A stretch of 64,000 nt of DNA from an uncultured Bacilli bacterium (GCA_934131175.1 CAKOZD010000002.1:66403-130402); one strand, 5' to 3'. Positions 29,025 through 39,514 are shown, numbered from the stretch's first letter. Notes: generated by a model from the sequence alone, not told the origin. Made by a program: numbers and translations.

Positions 29025-30260
29025 ATGAGTAATAATAAATTTAATTTTGTAGATGATGTAGATAGTATTAAAGATAATTCTCATGTTAGTGATGAGAAAG
29101 AAAAAGATGAAAAATCAAATATAGAAAAAATTGATAATAAAGAAATAAAGAATGATTGTAAAACATTAAAAGTAAAAGAGAAAAGTGTTGTAGAAGAACC
29201 TAAAAAAGAAAATAGTAATGATAATAATTCAATAAAGGTAGAAAAAAGGGTTTATTTTAGTTTTGAGATGCGTGTTGCTCTTATGCTTCTATTTATTATT
29301 ATTTTATTTGGTTCAACTTGTTTTTTGATGGTAAAAGCATTTAATTTAGATAAAAAAGATAAAATTACATATAGTGAAGTTGGTAATATAAAGTATGATG
29401 TATGCTTGAATGACAATGATTATTATTCAAAAACTTGTTTACCAGAAGGACGTCAATATCTTTCTTCTATTGTAAAGAATATTCCTACTAATTTTTCTTA
29501 TAATGTTAATTTTTCAGAAGATATAAAATATAATATTAAGTATTATATAGTTGCGAAAATAAAAATATTTGATATTAATGATAATAGTAAAGTTTTATAT
29601 GAAGATGAGGAATTACTAGTACCTAGTAAAAGTTTAAATGGAAATAGTAGTAAAATATCAATAAATGAAAATACTTCTATTGATTATTCTTCATATGAAA
29701 ATTATGTAAATAGTTATAAAGAAAATTATTCTGTAGAGGCTAATGCTTCTCTTAATGTTTCATTATATGTAGATGATTCTAGTGAAAGTAGAGTCGTTTC
29801 TTCTATGAATATTCCAATTGGTGAGAAAACATTTAGTATTAATTCAGATAATGTTAATGTAAAGAATAATGAAGTTATAATTAACGATGATACATGGAAT
29901 AATATTAATAGTATATATGCATTCTTAGGAGCGTTTTTAAGTTTAATTTGTTTAATATTTATTGTTAAATTGACTAGATTTGTAAGTAAGTCTATTACTA
30001 AGAAGAATAAGTATCAAACTGAACTTTTAAATATTTTAAGAGATTATGATAGAGAAATAGTAATTGCTAGAAATGGATATGAGAGTAATCTTGTTAAAAA
30101 TATTGTAAAAGTTGAGAGTTTTAAAGAACTTCTTGATGCGAAAGAAAATTTAGGAAAACCAATAATCTATTCTAAAGTTAATTCTGTTAAGAGTGAATTT
30201 ATTGTAGAAGATGAATGTACGTTATATAAATTTATTATGAAAGAAGCTGACTATTCTTAA
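29025..30260 (+). CDS. hypothetical bitopic membrane protein (large N-terminal domain, central TM, C-terminal cytoplasmic domain)
   Basis: ATG 29025 with a GGTGGTGA SD. TM helices around residues 95-115 and 300-320. No recognisable catalytic motif. Confidence 0.4.
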   Translation: MSNNKFNFVDDVDSIKDNSHVSDEKEKDEKSNIEKIDNKEIKNDCKTLKVKEKSVVEEPKKENSNDNNSIKVEKRVYFSFEMRVALMLLFIIILFGSTCFLMVKAFNLDKKDKITYSEVGNIKYDVCLNDNDYYSKTCLPEGRQYLSSIVKNIPTNFSYNVNFSEDIKYNIKYYIVAKIKIFDINDNSKVLYEDEELLVPSKSLNGNSSKISINENTSIDYSSYENYVNSYKENYSVEANASLNVSLYVDDSSESRVVSSMNIPIGEKTFSINSDNVNVKNNEVIINDDTWNNINSIYAFLGAFLSLICLIFIVKLTRFVSKSITKKNKYQTELLNILRDYDREIVIARNGYESNLVKNIVKVESFKELLDAKENLGKPIIYSKVNSVKSEFIVEDECTLYKFIMKEADYS

Positions 30261-30406
30261 TATTAAGATAATAGAAAATGAAAAGTAGTAATTCAAATAA
30301 TATTTATATTATGATTATTCTTTTGTTATTGCTAGTGATTACTGTTTGTACTCACTGATGTTATAAAGTAAAAGATTTATTTCTTTTACTTTTTTTATGT
30401 TTTTTG

Positions 30407-30435
30407 TTTACAAATTTCACTATGTTTGCTACAAT
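30407..30435 (+). promoter_or_regulatory. promoter of rplS-lepB (TTTACA, 17-nt spacer, TACAAT)
   Basis: Good hexamers with exact 17-nt spacing, about 75 nt upstream of rplS. The upstream gene's terminator (AAGTAAAAG..CTTTTACTT plus a T-run) lies about 10 nt before it. Confidence 0.5.
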
Positions 30436-30511
30436 ATAAGTCGTTAGTGGAATGATCCGCTTATCTATTGATTATGATCATTTGGAAATATTTATAGAGA
30501 GGAGACTTAGT

Positions 30512-30856
30512 ATGAACGTTATTGACAAAATTAATGAAAAACAAATTAGAAATGATGTTCCTGAATTCCGTGTAGGAGATACAGTAAGAGTTGACGTTAA
30601 GATTATCGAAGGTAAGAGAGAACGTATCCAAGCTTTCGAAGGTGTTGTAGTTGCTCGTCGTGGTGGAAGTGTATCTGAAACTTTTACAGTTCGTAAGATG
30701 TCAAGTGGAGTTGGTGTTGAAAGAACATTCCCAATCCATTCACCAAAAGTTGCAGCTATTACAGTTATTCGTAAAGGTAAAGTTAGACGTGCTAAACTTA
30801 ACTTCCTTAAAGGAATGGTTGGTTCTTATCGTATTAAAGAAAGAGGACAAAAATAA
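30512..30856 (+). CDS. rplS: 50S ribosomal protein L19
   Basis: [11 protein letters not shown]...FRVGDTVRV...[13 protein letters not shown] 30512 follows a GAGAGGAGA SD. The ORF-track start at 30452 over-extends. Confidence 0.85.
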   Translation: MNVIDKINEKQIRNDVPEFRVGDTVRVDVKIIEGKRERIQAFEGVVVARRGGSVSETFTVRKMSSGVGVERTFPIHSPKVAAITVIRKGKVRRAKLNFLKGMVGSYRIKERGQK

Positions 30857-30860
30857 ATTA

Positions 30861-30892
30861 ATAGGGCTTAGGCCTTATTTTTTTTGTGGTAT
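30861..30892 (+). terminator. weak attenuator-like hairpin after rplS
   Basis: AATAGGGC-TTA-GGCCTTATT hairpin followed by TTTTTTTG. lepB follows, so readthrough is probable. Confidence 0.4.
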
Positions 30893-30933
30893 ATTTTTGG
30901 TTGTTATAATATAATATATTTGTGGTGATTTAA

Positions 30934-31443
30934 ATGGATAAAAAGGAAGTTAATAATAAATTAGATATAAAAGAAGTTATTATGTATATATTAATTATTA
31001 TTGTCATTTTACTAATAAAGAAATTTGTTATATCTCCAATTAGAGTAAATGGAGCAAGTATGAATGATACATTAAATAATGGAGATATAATGATTATGAA
31101 TATTATTGGATACAAGTTTCAAGATATTAAAAGATTTGATATTGTAATTGTAGATGAGGGTAGTGAATTAATAATAAAAAGAGTTATTGGACTACCTGGT
31201 GAAACAGTAGAATATCGTGATAATAAATTATATATTAATGGTAAAAAAATGAATGATAAGTATGGAAGTAATAAAACGGATGATTTTAGTTATAAAGTTC
31301 CTAAGGGCGAGTACTTTGTTTTAGGAGATAATCGTGGTAATTCAATGGATAGTAGAGTATTTGGAAGTTTTTCTAAGAGTAAGATTTTAGGTAAGACAAA
31401 ATTAACTGTTTTTCCATTTAGTAGATTTGGTAATAAGGAGTAG
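30934..31443 (+). CDS. lepB: signal peptidase I
   Basis: RVNGASM (Ser nucleophile), KRVIGLPGE (Lys), GDNRGNSMDSR boxes. N-terminal TM. Confidence 0.8.
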   Translation: MDKKEVNNKLDIKEVIMYILIIIVILLIKKFVISPIRVNGASMNDTLNNGDIMIMNIIGYKFQDIKRFDIVIVDEGSELIIKRVIGLPGETVEYRDNKLYINGKKMNDKYGSNKTDDFSYKVPKGEYFVLGDNRGNSMDSRVFGSFSKSKILGKTKLTVFPFSRFGNKE

Positions 31444-31449
31444 TAGTTT

Positions 31450-32097
31450 ATGCTTGATGAGTTAAAGCCTTTGTATGATAAGTTACAATTAAAGTATGGA
31501 GATAAAAATTTAGATTCAATATATAATGGAGGATATACTAATAATCCGGATATTTGTTTTGTGTTTATGAATCCGACTGGTAGAAATATTGCATCTTCAA
31601 AAGAATGGCATGGTTTAAAATCACCTTGGATTGGTACTAAAAACATATGGAATTTATTTTATAAAATCGGACTTTTAGATGAAGATATTTATAATGAAAT
31701 AAGACAAAGAACTGGTCCATCATGGACAGAAGAGTTTGCCTCTTATGTATACGATAATGTTATTAAACATAAATATTTTATAACAAATCTTGGTAAATGT
31801 ACGCAAAAAGATGCAAGAGCTTTACCAGATAGTATTTATAAAGAGTATTTAGATTTATTTTATAAAGAGTTGGAAATAGTAAATCCTAAGGTTGTTATTC
31901 TTTTTGGAAATCAGGTTTCTTCTATTGTTTTAAATGAAAAAATCAGTGTATCAAATTGCAGAAAGACTAGTTTTTCTAAAATGATTAATAATAAAATGTA
32001 TAAGTTTTATCCAGTGTATTATCCTATTGGAAATGGAATATTTAATATTGATAAAGCGATAGAAGATATTAAATGGATAATTGATACTGAATTGTAG
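31450..32097 (+). CDS. uracil-DNA glycosylase superfamily protein with atypical motif A
   Basis: Aligns to family-4 UDG: YFITNLGKCTQKDARALPD resembles (V)YITNIVKCRPP..R.P, VVILFGNQVSS resembles the (I)I(V)PLG motif, and C-terminal YPVYYPIGNG resembles FPMFHP. The GEGPG box is replaced by FMNPTGRN (MUG-like Asn). Confidence 0.55.
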   Translation: MLDELKPLYDKLQLKYGDKNLDSIYNGGYTNNPDICFVFMNPTGRNIASSKEWHGLKSPWIGTKNIWNLFYKIGLLDEDIYNEIRQRTGPSWTEEFASYVYDNVIKHKYFITNLGKCTQKDARALPDSIYKEYLDLFYKELEIVNPKVVILFGNQVSSIVLNEKISVSNCRKTSFSKMINNKMYKFYPVYYPIGNGIFNIDKAIEDIKWIIDTEL

Positions 32098-32106
32098 TGG
32101 TGAATT

Positions 32107-33033
32107 ATGTTAGAAAAGATTATTGAAAGTTGTTACTATGTTACAAATAATTCAAAAGATGTATTTATTAATTATGATGTTTTAGATAATTTTATTTTAA
32201 ATATTGATTGTAATAATTTAAAAAATTGGTTAAGTTATAACCCGTTTAATATTTTAGATTTGGGAATAGAAAAAATAGTTAATTTTTTATTGCTTTTTGA
32301 GTCAATTGATTATTCTTTTTGGGGAAGTCCAAAATGGAGTGTTAAGACTCAAGATATGGTAATTGATGGAAGTGAGGCTCTACTTTATAAATTATTAGAA
32401 TATGTACGAAATACTAATAATTATGATTTTAGTAAAGTAACGTTTAAAGAATTTAGAGATATTTTGAGTGGCAGTATAGAGATACCTCTTTTAGAAGAAA
32501 GATACAAAACTTTAGTTAATATTTCTAATATTGTTAATGATAAAATGAATGGTAATTTTTATGAGTATATTAAAGAGTATACTCGTGATATAGATTTATT
32601 TAATCTGATTATAGATAATTTTTCTTCTTTTACTGATGAGAGAGAATATAACGGAAAAAAGATATATTTTTATAAACTAGCTCAGTTATTAACATCTGAT
32701 ATTTTACATATGAGGATGTTACTTGAAAATGTTTGGATAGATGTTTCTAATCTTGTTGGATGTGCTGACTATAAAATACCACAAACTATGAGAGCGATAG
32801 GTATTTTAGAGTATAGTAAGAATTTAGATAAAATAATAGATTCTAAATTAGAAATTGAACAATCTTCTAGTTATGAAGTAGAAATAAGAGCGAGTATGCT
32901 TGTTGTTATTGACTACATCTCTAAAAAGATTAATGCGGATAGAATAGATATAAATGATTTTTTCTTTATTTATAAAAAAATAGTTAAGGATATTGCAAAA
33001 CCATATCATTTATGTAGAAATGTTAATTATTAA
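32107..33033 (+). CDS. hypothetical protein co-transcribed with the UDG-like gene
   Basis: 308 aa, 10-nt gap from the upstream gene. No motif I can verify. Confidence 0.3.
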   Translation: MLEKIIESCYYVTNNSKDVFINYDVLDNFILNIDCNNLKNWLSYNPFNILDLGIEKIVNFLLLFESIDYSFWGSPKWSVKTQDMVIDGSEALLYKLLEYVRNTNNYDFSKVTFKEFRDILSGSIEIPLLEERYKTLVNISNIVNDKMNGNFYEYIKEYTRDIDLFNLIIDNFSSFTDEREYNGKKIYFYKLAQLLTSDILHMRMLLENVWIDVSNLVGCADYKIPQTMRAIGILEYSKNLDKIIDSKLEIEQSSSYEVEIRASMLVVIDYISKKINADRIDINDFFFIYKKIVKDIAKPYHLCRNVNY

Positions 33034-33078
33034 TTAGTAGAATAATGTGTTATAATAACTCGATAAGTTGGTGATTTT

Positions 33079-33789
33079 ATGTATAGATGTAGAAATGGAG
33101 AAGTAGTAGATACTCCTATGATTGATGAAGTTTTAAGTGAAGGATTTAATTATAGTGATTTTATTATAGAAAGTAAAAAAATAGATAGTCTTGATGAGTA
33201 TGACATTGAATCTCTTGCTAAATACGTTTTAGATATGTCAAAGAGAGAATTAACAGAAGAAGAAAAACTTTATCAAAAATATGAGAGAGAAATTAGAAAA
33301 GTTCAGATGGAGTATGATGAGACTAAAGATTCAAATTGCAATTCTAAAATGATAAAAATTGCTGAAAAATATAATACTTTACTTAGTGATATAAAAAATA
33401 GAGATAGATTATTAGAAAGATTATTAAGCGTATTAAATGTTGTTATTGATAAAAAAACTACAGAATTATTAAGAAAAGAAGAACTCTTGAAGAAAAAGGA
33501 AGAAGAAAAAATAATAGAAGAACAGATGAAGGCATTTTTAGATGCAAAAAGAAAAGAAGAGGGAGAACAAAGATTAAATGATTTTATATCTGGAAAAATA
33601 GGTTTAGGTCAACTTCACTTGTATGATTTTTTGTATTTAAGAGATACTAATGTTTATAAAGTTAATAGAAATAAGTTTATAAAATTACAAAGATATGTTT
33701 GCAGTAAGTTAGAGATGACGGATGATGAAGATGATATCTATAAATCAATTTCTGAATTACCTAAGCAGAAGAAAGGAAAGAGACACTAA
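33079..33789 (+). CDS. hypothetical coiled-coil protein
   Basis: Charged/coiled-coil central region (EELLKKKEEEKIIEEQMKAFLDAKRKEEGE). Confidence 0.35.
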   Translation: MYRCRNGEVVDTPMIDEVLSEGFNYSDFIIESKKIDSLDEYDIESLAKYVLDMSKRELTEEEKLYQKYEREIRKVQMEYDETKDSNCNSKMIKIAEKYNTLLSDIKNRDRLLERLLSVLNVVIDKKTTELLRKEELLKKKEEEKIIEEQMKAFLDAKRKEEGEQRLNDFISGKIGLGQLHLYDFLYLRDTNVYKVNRNKFIKLQRYVCSKLEMTDDEDDIYKSISELPKQKKGKRH

Positions 33790-34316
33790 TGATAATTGAA
33801 ACAGAAAGATTTACTTTAAAATTACTTGAGAAAGAAAATGCGTTTAAAGTATTTAATATTCTTAATAATCCTAAAGTAATAGAAAACTTGAATATGAATA
33901 TACATACAAGTGTTGATGATAGTATAAAGTTAATAGATGAATATTATGAGGGATTTAGTAAATTAGAAAAATATCCCTTTGAAATACTAGATAAAAAGAC
34001 TAATGATTTTTTAGGTGTATTTTTAATTAAATTAGACTTATTTGATGAAGATTGTTTTGAATTTACTGTGTATATAGACGAAAAATATTGGGGTATGGGA
34101 ATATATAGTGAAGTACTACCATATATGATTAAATTTAGTTTTGAAAATATAAAGACAGGTAATTTTAGAGGCTTTGTAATGGATAAGAATAATATTAGTA
34201 AACATGTTTTAGAAAAATGTGGATTTAGTTTAGAAAAGATATTTGATGTCGATGGACTTGATGGAAAAATTTATAGTTATTTAATAAAAAAAGATGATTA
34301 TTTCAAAGAAAAATAA
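33789..34316 (+). CDS. GNAT-family N-acetyltransferase (RimJ/RimL-like)
   Basis: ERFTLKLLEKENAFKVFNILNNPKVIE N-terminus typical of RimL-type GNATs. Acetyl-CoA P-loop-like WGMGIYSE. Confidence 0.55.
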   Translation: MIIETERFTLKLLEKENAFKVFNILNNPKVIENLNMNIHTSVDDSIKLIDEYYEGFSKLEKYPFEILDKKTNDFLGVFLIKLDLFDEDCFEFTVYIDEKYWGMGIYSEVLPYMIKFSFENIKTGNFRGFVMDKNNISKHVLEKCGFSLEKIFDVDGLDGKIYSYLIKKDDYFKEK

Positions 34317-34379
34317 TCTAGTGATTAGTAATTTACTAAGGGTAAAGTAAGATAATTTAATTCATAAAGGGGTGATAAT

Positions 34380-34718
34380 ATGCATTATATGAAGTTACAT
34401 AATGATCCATTTAATTTAATTAAGAGTGGTACAAAGACTATTGAATTGAGACTAAATGATTTAAAAAGACAAAAGATTAAAGTAGGAGACTTAATAGAAT
34501 TTACAAATAGAGTTACTGATGAAAAGATGGTAGTTAGAGTAGTTGACTTGATTAAATTTAATAGCTTTTCAGACTTATATAAGAATTTTTCAAAGATTTC
34601 TATGGGATATAGAGAAGATGAAGATGCTAATCCGAGTGATATGGAACTATATTATTCTCTTGAAGAACAAGAAAAGTATGGTGTACTTGCGATTAAGATA
34701 GAGAAAATTGATAAATAA
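34380..34718 (+). CDS. ASCH-domain (PUA-like) protein
   Basis: FNLIKSGTKTIELRLND..KVGDLIEF matches the ASCH beta-barrel signature. 112 aa. Confidence 0.55.
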   Translation: MHYMKLHNDPFNLIKSGTKTIELRLNDLKRQKIKVGDLIEFTNRVTDEKMVVRVVDLIKFNSFSDLYKNFSKISMGYREDEDANPSDMELYYSLEEQEKYGVLAIKIEKIDK

Positions 34719-34764
34719 AATTATTCGTTTTTTAACGAATTTTTATGTGTAAGGAGGAGTTTTT

Positions 34765-36633
34765 ATGAAATATCAAATAATAAATGGTGCGATTACATTT
34801 GGAAATAATACAATACTTGAAGAAATTAATTTCACAATTAATAAGAATGATAGAATCGCAATTGTTGGACGTAATGGTAGTGGAAAAACTTCTCTTTTAA
34901 AGTCACTTGTAGATAATGATATGCTTGAATCTGGTCTTGGACTTGATGACTTAAAAATTGTAAAAATTGGAAAACCTTCTATTGGTTACCAGGAACAGCA
35001 TGCTTTTTCTAACTTAGATGTCACTTTACTTGATGAGATATTAAAAGTGTATAAAGATATTACTAATCTTGAAAGTAAAATAAAAAAATTAGAAGAAAAG
35101 ATGATTAGTAATGCAACAAGTGAAATTATTTTGGAATATACTGATTGTATAGAAAGATATAAATTAATAGGTGGTTATTCCTATAAAAAAGAATATGAAG
35201 TTGCTTTAAATAAATTTGGATTTAGTAGTGAAGATAAGATGAAAAAGTTATCTGAATTTTCTGGTGGACAAAGAACAAAAATATCTTTTTTAAAATTACT
35301 TCTTAGTAAACCAGATATATTATTACTTGATGAGCCAACAAATCATTTAGATATTGTAACTGTTGAATGGCTTGAGGAGTATTTGAGTAATTATCCAAAG
35401 GCTTTAGTAGTAATTTCACATGATAGAATGTTTTTAGATAAAATTGTAAATAAAGTCTATGAGATTGAATATGCAACTCTTACTTTATATAAAGGTAATT
35501 ATTCATCATATGAATTACAGAAAAAATTGAATTATGAGAAGCAACTTGCAGATTATGAGTTTCAACAAAAAGAAATAAAAAGATTACAAGATATAGCTGA
35601 TAGATTTAGATATAAACCTAGTAAAGCATCTATGGCAATGTCAAAGTTAAAGAAAATTGAACAAATGACAATTATTGATAAACCAGAACATGCAGATACT
35701 AGAAATTGGAAATTTTTATTAAAAGTTGATGACTATAGTAGTAATAATGTTTTGAGTGTAAAAGATTTAGTAATTGGTTACCAAAATATACCATTATCAA
35801 AAGTATCATTTAATTTATATAAAGGACAGAAACTTGCAATTATAGGAGAAAATGGTAAAGGAAAATCTACACTTATAAAAACATTAATGGGACTTATTCC
35901 TAAAATAAGTGGTAAATTTACTTATGGATATAATGTTAATAAAGAATATTTTGATCAACAAATGGAATTTTTAAATGATGAGAATACTGTGTTTGATGAA
36001 TATTTACAAGCTTTCCCAACAGAAGATCCACAACAGGTTAGAAATATACTAGGTACATTTATGTTTAGTGGAGAAGATGTTTTTAAAAAGATAAAAGTTT
36101 TATCTGGAGGAGAAAAGGTCCGATTACAACTTTGTAAGATACTTAGAAAAAGTCCAAACTTATTAATATTAGATGAGCCAACAAATCATTTAGATATTTT
36201 TAGTAAAGAAAAGTTAGAGTCATTATTAACTGAATATAATGGTACTGTTTTGTTTGTTTCTCATGATAGATATTTTATAAATAAGGTTGCAGATTCATTA
36301 CTTATTTTTGAAAATGATGAAGTTATCTATTTTGATGGAAAATATGATGAGTATGTAAATCAAAAGAAGAATGTTGTTATTAATAATGAAAAAGTAAAAG
36401 ATAAAAAGACAAGTAAAAAAGAGTCAAAGCCTAAAAGCAATTTTGCAATCATGAAAAAGATAGAAAGAGATATTGAAAAACGCGAAAGTAAGAGAAAAGA
36501 GTTAGAAAAAAAACTTTTTGATAAAGAAATTTATACTAATATTACAAAGGTAAATGAAATCAACGATATGATAGAAAATCTTACTAAAGAAATTGACAAT
36601 TTATATGAAGAATGGGAAAATATAAGTGAGTAA
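34765..36633 (+). CDS. ABC-F family ATPase (tandem ABC domains, no TMD)
   Basis: Two Walker A (GRNGSGKTS, GENGKGKST), two signature motifs (LSEFSGGQ, LSGGEKVR), inter-domain linker and C-terminal coiled coil. 622 aa. Confidence 0.8.
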   Translation: MKYQIINGAITFGNNTILEEINFTINKNDRIAIVGRNGSGKTSLLKSLVDNDMLESGLGLDDLKIVKIGKPSIGYQEQHAFSNLDVTLLDEILKVYKDITNLESKIKKLEEKMISNATSEIILEYTDCIERYKLIGGYSYKKEYEVALNKFGFSSEDKMKKLSEFSGGQRTKISFLKLLLSKPDILLLDEPTNHLDIVTVEWLEEYLSNYPKALVVISHDRMFLDKIVNKVYEIEYATLTLYKGNYSSYELQKKLNYEKQLADYEFQQKEIKRLQDIADRFRYKPSKASMAMSKLKKIEQMTIIDKPEHADTRNWKFLLKVDDYSSNNVLSVKDLVIGYQNIPLSKVSFNLYKGQKLAIIGENGKGKSTLIKTLMGLIPKISGKFTYGYNVNKEYFDQQMEFLNDENTVFDEYLQAFPTEDPQQVRNILGTFMFSGEDVFKKIKVLSGGEKVRLQLCKILRKSPNLLILDEPTNHLDIFSKEKLESLLTEYNGTVLFVSHDRYFINKVADSLLIFENDEVIYFDGKYDEYVNQKKNVVINNEKVKDKKTSKKESKPKSNFAIMKKIERDIEKRESKRKELEKKLFDKEIYTNITKVNEINDMIENLTKEIDNLYEEWENISE

Positions 36634-36655
36634 GATAGTTATAGGTGATTAGTTT

Positions 36656-37546
36656 ATGAATAAAAAGAGAGTTGGAATTTGTGTTTGTTTAGTATTAATT
36701 ATTTGTGTATTAGGATTTTTATTTTATAATAATTTGTTAAGTAATAAAAGTAGTGTTTCTAGTAATGATATTTTGAGTAAAAATAAGAATAATAAAAAGA
36801 CTAGTAAAGATAATGTTTCTAATAAAAAAGATGATTTAGAAAAAATAGATAGTAATTCTAAAACTAATGAATCTAATAAAGAATCTACTAGTAAAGATTC
36901 GTTTAATATAAATTATGAAATGAGTAAATTAGATGATGAAGAAGTTTTAAGACTTTATAAATTATTTTCTGTTTCAAATTGTTTTACTAGTGTTGATTCT
37001 TTAAATAACAGTAATGTTGTGAAATTAAGAATTGCTTTTAATAGTTTAGATGATGATTCTTTTAATGATATTAGTTGTAGTAAGCTTTCTTTAAATAGTC
37101 TTGATTCTAATGATATTTCTTATTGTGGTAATATGAATAGTGATATGAGTAGTACATATAGTGTAGATATGGAATCGTTTAAGAAATATGAAAAAGAAAA
37201 TACTACTAAGTCTGTTTCAGAAAACATTATTACTAAGAGAATGCATGAATTATTTGGAAGTGACTTTAATGTTATTCATGAGTCATTTGGAACAGGCTAT
37301 ACTGCAAATCCTGAATGTTCTTATATGAAATATGACTCTTCAAACAAGTTATATGCTCAATTTAGATGTCAAGGTGGAGGAACTTGTGGAGGAGGAGAGA
37401 TTATTAATGGTTATAGTAAGACAGATGATGCGATAACAATTAATACTCAAATTGAAAAAAATAATTTACCTGTAAACATTACATATAAGTTTAAAAAAGA
37501 TAAAGTAAATGGAAAATATGTATTTGATAGGGTATATGAGAATTAA
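36656..37546 (+). CDS. signal-anchored hypothetical protein, paralog-family member B
   Basis: N-terminal TM. C-terminal LFGSDF...C...CQGGGTCGGGEIINGY...YKFKKDK aligns with members A and C. Confidence 0.45.
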   Translation: MNKKRVGICVCLVLIICVLGFLFYNNLLSNKSSVSSNDILSKNKNNKKTSKDNVSNKKDDLEKIDSNSKTNESNKESTSKDSFNINYEMSKLDDEEVLRLYKLFSVSNCFTSVDSLNNSNVVKLRIAFNSLDDDSFNDISCSKLSLNSLDSNDISYCGNMNSDMSSTYSVDMESFKKYEKENTTKSVSENIITKRMHELFGSDFNVIHESFGTGYTANPECSYMKYDSSNKLYAQFRCQGGGTCGGGEIINGYSKTDDAITINTQIEKNNLPVNITYKFKKDKVNGKYVFDRVYEN

Positions 37547-37571
37547 AAAAGAACAATAATAAATTGTTCTT

Positions 37572-38342
37572 TTAAGATCTTCTATTAAATTTTTTATTAA
37601 TATATTTTTGTTTAACGTGTTTTTTATTTGTTGTAGTTTTTTCTACTAGAGACTCTTGTGTATTTGTACTAAATCTTATTTCTTGATCATCTAAATAATT
37701 ATTTACATATATTATAAGATCTTCTAATATACTAAATTTATTATCAGTACTTAAATTTTCATAACGTTCATAACTATCTTTTAATACTTCTTTCATAGTA
37801 TTTTCTATATCTTCTTCACTTCCAAAAAAATATACTTCTCTTGGTAGAAAAAATTCATTTAATAAATCATAAGAATATGTAAAATCTTCAATAGTATTCA
37901 TTTTTTCTTCTATTGGTAATTGATCATATTCTTCTATAAATAAATCAGTATCAGAATCAGTTAGTTTTTCTGGAAAAAATAACATTTTATTTAAATTTGT
38001 ACGAGTACCAAATGGAAAATATGAACCTAAATGATAATTAAAGCATCTAATTTTTTCTCTAAAAGAATCTTTTTTCTCATAATCGTAACTTTCATATTCA
38101 CGGATTTGTTCTAATAAATCATTTTTTAATTCATCCAATTCATTCTTATTTAAATAAGTAACATTATTAATTGCTTCGTGTAAGTTTATTTTAAAGTTAA
38201 AGTAGTTTTCAAATGTATCATTTAAATTTCTTAATACTTTTTTATTTTTTTTAATTTGTAGTGTTTCTAAAAATTTATCATATATTTTTAATTGATTAAA
38301 AAATGATAGACCTAGATAATTTTCTTTAATATTATTTCTCAT
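37572..38342 (-). CDS. hypothetical acidic protein
   Basis: 256 aa. No recognisable motif. Terminator-less convergent arrangement with the gene at 36656. Confidence 0.35.
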   Translation of the reverse strand: MRNNIKENYLGLSFFNQLKIYDKFLETLQIKKNKKVLRNLNDTFENYFNFKINLHEAINNVTYLNKNELDELKNDLLEQIREYESYDYEKKDSFREKIRCFNYHLGSYFPFGTRTNLNKMLFFPEKLTDSDTDLFIEEYDQLPIEEKMNTIEDFTYSYDLLNEFFLPREVYFFGSEEDIENTMKEVLKDSYERYENLSTDNKFSILEDLIIYVNNYLDDQEIRFSTNTQESLVEKTTTNKKHVKQKYINKKFNRRS

Positions 38343-38495
38343 AGTAATACCTCCAAAGTTTTTCTTACTATTCTAATTGTTTTTTATGTTTGTGTCAAAC
38401 TAGTTAAATTTTATTTTTTATATAAGTTAGTGATTATTTACTTTGATAATTTATAAATGTATAATATAGTTATTAATTTATTTAGGAGTTTTATT

Positions 38496-39137
38496 ATGAT
38501 TAAGAATTATATATTTGATGTAGATAGGACGCTTGTTAATAGTTATTTACCTGAACTTGAAACTTTAAAGGAAGCATTACTTATTTCAACAGGTAAGAAT
38601 TATAGTGATGAAGTTATGAAAAAACTTACAATATTAACAACAGATGAATTTTTTAAGAGTTTAGGAATTGATGTTAATTCCTCACTTATGAGTGAAATAA
38701 ATCATAATTGGGGAGTTTTATTAGATAAGAGAAAAATAGAATTTTTTGATGGTGTTAAAGAATTATTATATTATTTAAAAAATGAAGGATATTTTCTAGG
38801 TATTGCGACATCTAGAGATATGGAGGAATTACATGAGTTAAGTGATGTTATTGAGTGTTTAGATTTATTTGATTATGTTGTAACGTCAGATATGGTTAAG
38901 TATCCTAAACCTAATCCAGAATCAATTAATATGATTATTGATAAATATAATCTTAATAGAGATGAGACTATTTATATTGGAGATAGTAAAAGCGATTTAG
39001 AATCTGCAAGGAGTGCGAACGTTTCTTTTGGATTTGCTAATTGGGAAAATAAAAATGAGATAGAAGATTATGACTATTTATTTTTAGAACCTAATGATAT
39101 TTATGATTTAGAGAAAAAACATATAATAAAAAAGTAA
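38496..39137 (+). CDS. HAD-superfamily hydrolase
   Basis: Motif I FDVDRTLV (DxD.T), motif II ATSR, motif IV GDSKSD. ATG 38496 with an AGGAG SD. Confidence 0.65.
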   Translation: MIKNYIFDVDRTLVNSYLPELETLKEALLISTGKNYSDEVMKKLTILTTDEFFKSLGIDVNSSLMSEINHNWGVLLDKRKIEFFDGVKELLYYLKNEGYFLGIATSRDMEELHELSDVIECLDLFDYVVTSDMVKYPKPNPESINMIIDKYNLNRDETIYIGDSKSDLESARSANVSFGFANWENKNEIEDYDYLFLEPNDIYDLEKKHIIKK

Positions 39138-39156
39138 TATGATTAGAGGAGTTTAG

Positions 39157-39510
39157 ATGTTATTTAAAGTAGGAATGTTATGTAAACATTTTAAGGGAAA
39201 AGATTTACTTGAGAAAAATATTTATAGAATAGAAAAAATTGGTGTTGATGGGAAAGATATTGATTCTAGTAAAATAATTTATACTGGTGATAAAGATTTA
39301 TTACTTTCAAAAAACTTAGTAATTTATAGTAATATATTTCAAGAAGATACATTGTTTGCTAGAGAATATGATGATTTAGTAAGTGAACTTTCAGATGATA
39401 AAAAAGAATTATATAATCAAATTTTTAGAGTAGAACCACTTAATGATGATGAAATAAAAACTATTAAATGTCATGAATTTATAGAGGAAAAATTAAGGAG
39501 TAGGAGTTAA
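39157..39510 (+). CDS. small hypothetical protein, possibly DUF1653-like
   Basis: GMLCKHFKGK...IYRI pattern resembles the DUF1653 core (G.YRHYKG..Y). Low certainty. Confidence 0.3.
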   Translation: MLFKVGMLCKHFKGKDLLEKNIYRIEKIGVDGKDIDSSKIIYTGDKDLLLSKNLVIYSNIFQEDTLFAREYDDLVSELSDDKKELYNQIFRVEPLNDDEIKTIKCHEFIEEKLRSRS

Positions 39511-39514
39511 ATAT

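Noticed and set aside
30300-30360. Tiny hydrophobic ORF (MIILLLLLVITVCTH, 16 aa) in the spacer before rplS
   Set aside because: No SD. It lies between a terminator and the rplS promoter. Most likely chance.
30651-31646. ORFs 30651-30914(+), 30930-31115(-) and 31290-31646(-) overlapping rplS/lepB/UDG-like genes
   Set aside because: Alternative frames of well-supported genes.
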